NCBI GenBank assembly: GCA_000320545.1 | Contig: ADNK01002524.1 | Location: 62,001 to 126,000, forward strand | Source: Bigelowiella natans CCMP2755 | Lineage: Eukaryota > Protista > Cercozoa | Direction of reading: 5' to 3' | DNA: 64,000 nt | Part shown: positions 53,835-64,000 of the stretch, one piece after another | How the letters are laid out: each line of letters opens with the position of its first letter | How positions within the stretch are numbered: the first letter of the stretch is position 1 | Made by a program: the position numbers and the translations under genes | Notes under the pieces: model-generated | Told to the model about the DNA's origin: nothing | Seen by the model: only the letters and a program-made list of their open reading frames with translations | Databases searched by the model: none

Positions 53835-54855
53835 ATTCACCGCAGGTATCTTACTGACGACGACATGGAAAAGCTGTACTACATCAGAAACCAACTGAAA
53901 GGATATTCAGCCAAGGATCTGCTCAATATATTTGATATGGCAGCTGATGCAGGGAGCCTTGACCATCGGGTGGATATGCTACTGAATCAAGCTGTTGTAT
54001 TGTATGATGTATAGTTGCGGAAGATATGCAAGCGAATGTACATGTTTGGAGGTTGGTGAGAGCAGCCTGCACACGCATTCTGAGAGATGCATTCTGAATA
54101 ACAACATTGACTGGAAGTCAGGAACACTTGATTGTTATTCACTCGTTGTGCTGCTGCTGCTGCTACTTCTTAGGGATTCATAAGCTGCCTGAGGTCACTC
54201 ATTCCTGGTGAAGACCTTGATGAGGATGAAAAGTGAGTGGGAAGTAGCACCTTTCCTCGTAGCGCGGAGCACTGATCATTAATGCATATGAGGATGATGA
54301 CAATGATGATGATGGTGGTGGTAGTCACACACATGCCAAGTTCCCCAAATTTGGTTATTGCTCTTAGACGATAGCGTTAAGTTTACCATCGCGCTAGCTT
54401 GAGCGAATACAAAGCAAAAGTCGCGTTGTCCATAGTCCTGACACGCCTTTTGCCTTCAACACCATCGTTATCGTTAATAGGCATCATCTGGAACAGCATC
54501 TGCAAGCACTCTTCTACGTCTTTGACCGCGATCTTGTAATTGATACTCTCCCCGCCATCAGGGATTCACTATCATCCGCAGTAGCAATGTTACTTATCAA
54601 ACTCATGTTTTGCACCATGATGGCTAAGGCCTCGTCTATATGCTTACACAGCTGATTGGTGATATGATGCGACGGGTGATTGTTGTGTTGTTGGGTGTAC
54701 CTGTTCCAGGACGGACTGATATCTGTGCATGAGTTTCTTTGCGGTTTGTACGTATTCTGCGAGGAGCCACCAGCGAAGAAGCTCGCGGTGAGTGGCATTT
54801 ACTTTTCCGCTTAACCCAACGCAAGAACATCACAGCACGTGATGTTCTAAATGGC

Positions 54856-54894
<39 letters not shown>

Positions 54895-57800
54895 CCCCCG
54901 TGCAACTTTCTCCTCTCCCCCTACCCCCCCCTGCTCTCTAGGTATTGTTCTCACTGGTTGATATGGACGAGGATGATATGATTGATGCTGACGAGCTTCG
55001 GTTGTTTTATCGTTCAATTCTTGCTGCTCTCGTCGGGCTCTCCTCCTGGGCGCACTCGGTAGTAAGTGCAAGGAAATAATAGCTTGATTGTCAATATGCA
55101 CGAGAGCCTTTAGTTAGTGGCGTTTAGATGGGTGAAAGTTCGTCTCTCGAGTATCTTTCGAGATGAATGCGATATGCCAACGACGTATCTCGGAGAGTCC
55201 GTTTTGCTCACCTACTCTCTCCCCTGCTGACGCCGGTCAGGTCCCTGTCTCGCACCTTTCGCAGCTGCTCTGGAACGCCGCAGCGATAAAGACTGCAGAG
55301 TTCTTCGATTGCGCCGGAGCGGCAATGGAAGAGGAGGACGCCGTTAGCTTCACCACGTTTTGCCAGATTCTTACCAAATTCCCCCAAACAGCTCCTTGGC
55401 TATCAATTCCTGACGATGAAGACCAGGCGGTGGGTTGCATGTTTCTCCCGTGCGTGCGATATGCATGGTGGCGCGTATGATGTTCAATCCATTGCTGAGT
55501 TCCTTCTCTGTCCCCATCCTCTCATCTCACGTGCAGAACGACGATGAGGAGAGCAATACAGTGGTGATATCTCCAAGAAAAGCGGCGCGAATGCGCCAAA
55601 GCGAGAGACCGAGGGTATATGTATATATTTGCACTTTTGCCGTTGATTCAGTTTGTCCTTACGTAATGAGAGTACCAGCCAATGGTAATTGAATTTATAG
55701 TTTATAAAGTGTAGAGGGGGTGGAGAGAGGGGAAAAGAGGGAGGGATGGTAATATGTTGCGTTTTGTAATCTTTATTCTTTGTTTTCTCCTTCATTTTCT
55801 TCGTCATCTCCCACCCCGCCCCGCCTCATTCTTGACCGTATCACCCATCAGATGCTGGCCTTGACAGCACAGGATGTAGCGGCAATCGAAGCTATAGCAC
55901 AAAGCACCCAGTTCAGGTAGGAAATCTAGACAAAATTATAAAGACCGTGAGGACGATATTGACTAGATAAAAACACGCCATGTATTTACTACCCTTTCTA
56001 CAACGTCTCTCCTGCAATAACCTTTCGAATACAGACGGAGCAGCACCTTGCATCTTCCTCACCGTTTTTTGGTATTATTTTTGTTTTGGTTTATTTCCCT
56101 CCCCCCCGCATTCCGTTGATTCCCCCTTGTACAGGGATATGGATCTTAAGATGATGCTTCGAGCCTTCGCTACTGTCGCAAAAACGACCGAGGCAGGCAC
56201 TGAGGTCAACAAGGCTGGATTTACCAAGATTTGTCGCGATCTTGTACCAGGACTCCGAAGCGGTACTAAGTAGCTCTGTTTTAGTAGTAATAGTAGTAGC
56301 AGTAGAAGCAGTAGTAGTGTGAGCATAGATGTCGGTATAGTTGCGAGGGCATGTGGAGTTGGCGCGTGTGCGTGTGTTTGACGGATTCTCCGCTGTATAT
56401 TTATACTTTGGTCTATTGAAGATGACGAAGAGGGCTTGAGGTCTTTTGCAGAGCTGCTGTTTCTCCTATTAGATAGAAATCAGGTTGTCATGTGAGAATA
56501 GAGAGAAATCGTGTACTCCTCCTCCTCCTCCTTAGCACGATCAATCTTCCCCCGAGCACATTTATATGATTTTCACGATTCAATGCGAAGCTACCAGATG
56601 TATTTGCCGTTTTTTGTCCACGCCGAGAAGTAAACACCACGATTGTGTTATTCTTTACAGAATGGGCGAATCGACGTCACAGAGCTTACTGTTGGCCTTT
56701 CGATTTTCCTCAAAGGTCAGTCGGCATTAGCAAAGCTCATCTATGTTTTAACGGGCTGCACTCACCACCACAGCATTCAGTCGATTGTGAGTAGTACATT
56801 AGTTTCGCGTCGGTATGGCAAAAGGAAGTTTCATTCACATGATGCCCTCATGGCTCTAATTAACAGGAAATGCGACGCAGAGGCTGCGGCTGGCGTTTGA
56901 TTTGTGCGATTCGAATGCTGACGGCAACGTTGATTGGAGCGAAATGTGAGTGCGTGCGTGTGTGCGTGAGGATATGATGATGATGACGACGATGATGGTG
57001 GAGATGAAGAGGTTTTGAGATCGTGAGGTGCTGAGACGTCTGATAGCAAGACGGAGAGGAGCATCAGATATCCTTGCTTACTGCACTCGTATGGCGGTCG
57101 CGTGCTGCTTCTACAACACAGCATGATCATACATCAAGGCCTAATTATAGCTGTTAGATACAGTGTGCTTCTTCGCTAATGCTGACTCATCCACCATCCT
57201 CGACAGGTATAAAGTGCAATCCTCTAGTCTTTCCGTATTGCTCGCATTTGCCGCGGAGTCACAGTCGCTCTCCAACGCCATTCCAAAGCTTCAAGCCCTC
57301 GTTAAGATAAGGGCGAAGGAAGCTACTGACGCTGTTTTCGAGCTAGGAGACACGGTCAGAATCCACTTGGGCATATATCGTGTTTGTAGATGAGCGTGTG
57401 TGTTTATGTTTGTGTGTGCGTGCTTTGGTACGTGGCCCTTCAAAGAGCTTAGAGCCGCCATTCTTTGCTACTCAAGAATTGGGTCGGAGACTGATTGAAA
57501 ATTGGTGTGTTATGATAGAACAACGATGGGCTCCTGTCCTTCGATGAATTCGCAGCTCTCTACGCAAATCACCCGGTAGGTTTTTACCAAAGAAAGCATT
57601 GTGATGCGTGCTTGCAGGGATGGTGACATCGTCAGTCGTGGGAATTGTTTGATATCTCGGTTGTGTGAGTGAGTGTGAGTGTGTGCGTGTGTGTGTGTGT
57701 ATGTGTGAGTGTGTGTGGTGTACGAAGTCGGCATTAACGGCAGATCGTTTTGAAAGTGGATTTTGGTGTTTCGATGTTCATCCTTCTGCATCTCTTTCCT

Positions 57801-58148
57801 CTCACGATGATGAATGAGACGAATAATTCCTATCTGCGTCACCTTTATAAAGGGTCTCTTACCATGGATGCACATCTACAACCACTCGGCATCATCTTCA
57901 AGCCCCTCTGAGCTCAAAGAGGCTGAAGATACCACAGCAAACAGCCCGAGGGTGTGAAACGAAGAAATTGGAGAATTATAATAACTTGATGTATACTTTT
58001 GGGGGAAAAAAAAACAGAGGAAGAGAATATAGATTGTTGTGTTTTCGTGGAGAAGAGGCGTATTCTGATGAAAGCTCTATGAAATGTATTTCAAAGGGGA
58101 AAGGGAACGTTTTGACTAACGTTTTGACTGCGAAATTACTTATTTCAC

Positions 58149-58188
<40 letters not shown>

Positions 58189-58835
58189 TATATATATATA
58201 TATATGTATATGAGCAGGTTATGCTACGAGATTCAGACGCCTTTGGGCCTCTGCCAAACAATGGAGAATCTTCCGATGAGGAGGAGGACGACGAAGAAAA
58301 GCGTAAAGGTAACACCAACGTCCTGATGAGGCGCATATACTCACAACACTAGTGATGATGACTCCCCTCCTCGAGGAAGTAGGATTTGCTGTATTGCGTG
58401 CAATTTTTGTGTAGCGAATTTAACTCCTGAAACGAAGCAAATGCACTAGCATCTTGGGTTGTGAAAGTTGCCTTTTTGCGTGTCTTTATCCACCGAAAGC
58501 ATCGGCCATCGGCACCTCTGTCGCAGCATCTCCCTTTTTTTGACTCAGCCGTCTTGTATTGCGCACTGTTTCCATTATCTTAGGATATATTACAATGCGG
58601 AAGTCCAATCGGTACAGAGCACCAGCTAACAATGACGAATCTGTGATGCATAAATACTACTATTATGCAGCACAGCTAACGATGACGAACATGAGTCGCA
58701 TGAAGATCACGCGGCGCATACGAATTATTCACGAAATTCCTGATTGCCTTTTAGTACCTCACGTGTACGAACGTGATATTCTCAAATTTTTCTGTTATCG
58801 ATTCATTATGTTTATTCAAATTTTTGTCCCCAATC

Positions 58836-58877
<42 letters not shown>

Positions 58878-60576
58878 CTTCTACCTCTACCTCGTAGAGA
58901 GCAGCTTCGATTCATCAAAAAATCCAGCGGGCTGAGCAAACTATCACCAGAGACGATTTACGACGAGTTAAAGACAATAGCGACTGCAAAGGAAGGAGAT
59001 TCCAACTATACTGTAACAAGAAAAGCCTTTCTAGACTGGATTGTTGGGAACTTCTCAGAGGGTTGTTGATCAATACATCTTAATAAATAGTATACTATAA
59101 AGTACGTGACAAATGAGGACGACGAGGAAAAACTGTGGGTAGGGAGAGAAGGGGGGGGGTTACTTTACGTCACTCGATGCGTCATATGGAAATCAAATGA
59201 GTTTGGTATAAACATGATATTAATGAGCCAAGATAAAAGCTAGCATCTGAGTAGAGTTTGGCCGTACATACTTTATCAGAAAAGCACAAGATCGATTGGG
59301 AAACCCCTCCCCGCGAGGTAATATGTGTCTCGACTTCATCGCTCTATAGTTTACTTGCCATTCCTGGAGGCCTTTTTTTTCCAACCTACCTTTTGAAAAA
59401 CACGGGATTTGCTGTTTTTCGGCCCTAACAAGAAATTAAACTGTGCGGCCTTGGAGACGCGTCCATTTGGGGGTGCTTTGAATGCGCTCGGGGAATGAAA
59501 GAAGGCATCGCTTAAGGGCGCCACTCTAATATCTTTTGATCTTGTTTATGTTCGAAAGAAGCAAGGAGACGGTATGCGCACCGGAGACGGGGCTATGTCC
59601 CCCCGCAGCTCGGAGAGAGCAGTAAAGATGCACGTGTTAAGTTTCTTTGGCATGATCTTCGATTCTCTCGACTATGCGAGCTACCAGCGGGTTGGTCCTG
59701 ATGTGTAGTAGTCCTCCGAGTGTTAGATAGAATGAAATGGTGAAATTATCCCTCGTGCTGCTATGAAGTAGTAGAAGTAGAAGTAGAAGTAGCAGTAGTA
59801 GTAGTATTAGGCCTGAAATCCATCTATCGAAAGAGTAGCAAGATTTATTTTTATTGTGTACACGCGCCCATACAACTTGCCATCTCCTAGCGCATAATGC
59901 ATGACGATGGCGGTTCTTCGTTAGCAGCGGTGGAGAGAATACCCATGTATTGTCGCTGGCATGATATCCTGACTGGAACACCATCTCAATAGAGCATCAA
60001 GCACCGTTGACTTCGTTTGATTTGTAGGTTCCAACGGCTGAGCTTGCTTTTATGCTCTGTGGGTTTTGCGGAGGTAGTAAAAGAGTGCGAGGCCAATGTT
60101 TTGTGTGTGTGTGTGTGTGTGTGGAAGAGAGAGAGAGAGAGTGAGAGAGAGCGAGAGTGAGAGAGACGGGGGGGGGGGGGGGGATTATATTATCGTCGGA
60201 TGACACTGATACGTACATAAATGTGCATATGATGTTCTTACATAATTGCGAGCAAGTTCCGTGGCACTATTAAGAATGGGACTTCTTAAAGTCGATCTTC
60301 AATTATTTGCAGCTTCCTGATCTTTGTTTACAAATATGCGTAGGAAACCTGACAAGCAAGCTGAAAGTCGCATTTCACATGTTTGATGAGGACAGGTGGT
60401 TATAGTAGCCGTGACTCCAAAATAAGTGCAGTATTTGCTGTAAAAGAAAAGCATTTCCAAAAATTTAGATTTGCTGATTTTTTGCCGCATTTATATGGCG
60501 GTTGCAAAGCTAGTTGTTGTTTTGCAGACCGATAACCACTGAGTGATCACAATTTTGTATTATTCAAATTTTAAGA

Positions 60577-60616
<40 letters not shown>

Positions 60617-60649
60617 TGCATGCTTACACAAAAGACGTATATATAACGA

Positions 60650-60690
<41 letters not shown>

Positions 60691-61444
60691 TATAATATGA
60701 GATTATGTATTTCTGGTTTCAAATCTAAAAGCATATTGGTTGAAATTGCTACTATTGCCCCTGCGGGACATATCTATGATAGAGATGAACGAATATCGAA
60801 GATGGAGATGTTCTTCTTCCTGCGCACACTGATCGCCTTTGTCCTCACCTCCACGGCGCGAAGCAAGGATCATATGGTGAAGCTAGAGGAAACATGTAAT
60901 ACACTCGACACGATCTAACACGTTAGCACAACAGCAGCATCAGCAGCATCAGCAGCAGCAGCAGCCGAAGGAGCAAAAGCAAAATGGCAAATCTCTACTT
61001 CTAGAACGCGCCAACAACGATATGAATTCATCCTTTCTATCTTTTCACCAGGCAATAAATTAGCGCAAGAGGCAACGGTGCGGATCTTTGACGTCGCGGA
61101 CTCGAATAACGATGGCTCTCTAAACTTTGACGAGTTCTACGAGCTTTGCTTGAAGTGAGATGGGGGAGGGCATACAAGGGAAAAACAAGGAATTACCAGA
61201 AGCTTTGTATTGATGTCTTCGATGTTGGGCTCTCTTTCTTCTCCCTCTTTCTCTTTAGATTTCCTTTATTTGTCTCATGTTCTTATTCCCGCAAACACCC
61301 ACACATACAAGCTCGCGCATGTAGATAGAGAGAAGTCTCATGAGAGGAGGTGAGGGGGAATCGTGAAAACTGAGAGAATTTTGCTTGTTTTCTTGCTTAC
61401 AGACATCCAGAATTATGCCCCTGGATCCAGGTTAGAAAAGCGTG

Positions 61445-61484
<40 letters not shown>

Positions 61485-62226
61485 TAGATATATTTATACA
61501 TACATGAATGCATTAGTTTGTATCATTTCGGCAATTTGCCGAAGGTGAGCGAATGGCGTCAGCTCGTAGCGAGCTGCCTGCAATCGTGCACACCAGAAAG
61601 AGAGGCAGATCATGCACACACGGGGACCAATCTAGTCCGTTGTGGCGCGAGGAGATCTGATATAGTCCAGAAAATTAGGAGCCTTTGTAGATGTAAATAT
61701 GTTTTGCATGGAATGAATCTTGCTGCAAGCTTTGCTCTGTCGTGGCATCATTCAATTGCCGCTGTGGATTCATTAAGGTGTTCCAAGTCTTCGATGAGGA
61801 TGATGACGACGATGAAGATGAGGAGGAGGAGGGAGAGGGAGGCGATAACCTTCAAGGCAATGACGCGGAGAGGCTCGGAGCGGCCAGCAGCAGCAACGTC
61901 GATGGGGTTGAAGACGATGGTGAGATGAAGGAGGGCACGAGCTTTGATCCAATGTCCACGTACTCGCCACGTCATGTTGTAGCCAATCTCAAACGCGCGA
62001 AAAGCCTCTTCAGCCTCATACCGACGAGACATCTCCTGCACATATGCAAGTCAAACAGAGGGGCTTGGAGGTAGGAAGAGAGAAAGAGAGGGGGGGGGGA
62101 GGAGGGGGAGAGCGGATTTACACTTCAAACGTTTGCTTTCTCGCACGAACTGGGGGGGGTATAGAGGTGTTCTGAAACTGGTTTTCTTTTGTTCGGTATA
62201 GTGATGATGTGTTTGTGAATACGATA

Positions 62227-62260
<34 letters not shown>

Positions 62261-63077
62261 ATGATATACTACGTTTAATGCATGCTTGGATGAGCACTTG
62301 AGCCAACACTTTCTCCTAAAATCCTGCGAACATCCTTCGGTGTTGCTGTTATGCCTAGATTGCATCAATTCCAAGAGCTGTTCACAACGTTGATTCAATC
62401 GTCGCTAAAGCAAGTTGTGCTTTCGAAGGAGGAGAGGAACGGTAGATCTGTTAGCACGATAGTATAATATTGATGCTTGTTTTGTTTGGAAGGGGTAATG
62501 CCACTTCATTTTTTCTCTGAAACGAATAGAACAACGATATATAGTTATTTGAGTATTGTCGGTCGTTATACTGCGCGAATCGTGGAGATTTGGTTCTTCC
62601 TCTTCTGTGCTCTCCCTACTGTTTATTCTTCATCTACGCAATGATGATGCGCATTGATGTCCCTGAACGATATACTTCGCAAAGGGCTCGCACACGACTT
62701 GGAAATGCTGTTCCACATCTTCGATGCGGACGGAAACGAGGAAGTTGATACGTGGGAGTTTGTTTCTGGTACTTGTGAGAGAGGGAGGGAGAGAGAGAGA
62801 GGATAGAGATATGTGATCGCACATGATGTTTTGCTTTCAAATTCGGAGCACTCAAATTTGCAGCCGTTGTCTCTCCTCATTGTGTTTAGCCTACGCTCCA
62901 ATCAATTTAAAAAGCTGCGTGATAGATGTACCCGTCACGTGTACTAATTGTCCTCAACTCCTTTGCGATTAGGCATCTTCCTCCTATTGGACGGCACTGC
63001 ACGCCAAAAGCTTGATTTTGCCTTTGGGTTGTTCGACAAGGAAGGCTCGGGGGTAGCACCGGACATCACACACACAT

Positions 63078-63115
<38 letters not shown>

Positions 63116-63286
63116 ACACCTTATTTTCTGTTTCGGGTTCTCGAATATGGTCCTGCTACACATACATATCATGTACTACTACCCACATGCAGCGTAATAC
63201 AAAAATCGCAACTGCATTGTGTTAAAGATACACTGTACATACACACACACACACACACACCTAGACATGCACACACAAACGCATAT

Positions 63287-63318
<32 letters not shown>

Positions 63319-63760
63319 GTACATATTTAATTTAATGTGCTATAATATGATCGTTTTCCTTAGTTAATTTCCCGAGTCGAGTTGTTCACTCTATTTATCG
63401 CATTTGTCCGGGTCTTGCTGCTGTATTCTCTGAGTGAGAAGATTTCATCAAAACCGACCCCGGCGGTGAAAAGCCGCATTGAAGAAATCGCTTACCTCCA
63501 AGCTCGAAAGGCTGTTGATGCAATTTTTGACAAAATCGGAAAATCCGACGAAGAGGCTCTGCCTCACAGTGACGTCATGTAATATTTGAACAATTAGTTC
63601 GTTGCGCCTAAGTTAGAGAGTAAACGATCGATTGCGCATTGGTATATAATTATGTGTTTTTTTTGGTTTTCACGTTTAAAGGACTGTCGCTATGGATTGT
63701 GCTCCGTGGCTCGGAATGCTGGACCTCTTCTCGGATGCAGAAATGGTCGAATCTGTTTGA
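39180..63760 (+). CDS. Giant multi-EF-hand protein: small N-terminal domain plus nine tandem NCS/recoverin/calcineurin-B-like four-EF-hand modules (roughly 75-85 exons, estimated 2,500-3,000 aa)
   Basis: Recurring unit: degenerate EF1 (G.l....F), LF..FD.xxDG.vD..EF..Gl, KL..AF...D.xxxG.Is..Em..f, EF4, terminal (P)W. Canonical loops include DIDKNGFISRDE (44023), DYNADGVIDGEE (46312), DADRNGKISMEE (46896), DMDEDDMIDADE (54960), DSNADGNVDWSE (56908), DSNNDGSLNFDE (61099), DADGNEEVDTWE (62723). Last exon TVAMDCAPWLGMLDLF...ESV* ends at 63760. Confidence 0.85.
43867..43980. repeat. Long imperfect (CAA)n microsatellite in intron
   Basis: CAA/CGA array just upstream of the acceptor at about 43996; explains the spurious poly-Q and poly-V ORFs. 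Confidence 0.9.
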
Positions 63761-64000
63761 ATAGGGGAGCAGCAACTTAGCATGTGAAGCGGCGGTCCGC
63801 AGTGAGTATGCATTTCATGTGCATGGACACATGATGACAATTTGTAGACATTTTTCCGATGCACGGCACGGCCGTTGATCCTGGCACTGTACGCACATCC
63901 GTGCGATGTTTTAAAATTCAAAATCATGTTGCCAAATAAATTCCAATTTGCGTGTCGTGCATAAAAAGCTAAGAAATCCATCATGACTGGGCTGGTTCTG

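Noticed and set aside
39180-63760. Interpreting the EF-hand region as a CDPK, NADPH oxidase or an array of separate CBL genes
   Set aside because: No kinase or ferric-reductase motifs were found, and the linker exons I could follow stay in frame with no stop until 63760; a few small exons remain unresolved.

Overview
Intron-dense eukaryotic nuclear DNA with microsatellite-filled introns. A bipartite plastid leader on an ascorbate peroxidase and an STN7/Stt7 kinase point, by inference, to an alga with a green secondary plastid (chlorarachniophyte-type). The supplied ORF track is mostly noise, so genes were rebuilt by hand by splicing GT-AG exons. In order: STN7 kinase (+, 5' end missing); an intronless ubiquitin-like protein with two copies of an unrecognised ~90-aa Gly/Trp domain (-); a TrpD-TrpC fusion (+); a PLOD-type glycosyltransferase (-); a plastid-targeted, cytosolic-type APX (+); a small UGA-interrupted locus (+); a hypothetical gene (-); a secreted protein with a bacterial-type GH115_C-like beta-sandwich domain (+); a hypothetical membrane protein (-); and a 24.6-kb gene for a giant protein with nine tandem NCS/calcineurin-B-like four-EF-hand modules (+). 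Genes sit in head-to-head pairs, spacers downstream of genes are rich in CTAG/TGCA/CATG, and several splice sites are tandemly duplicated. No rRNA, tRNA, CRISPR array or recognisable transposase was seen. Exon boundaries are manual and need RNA-seq confirmation.
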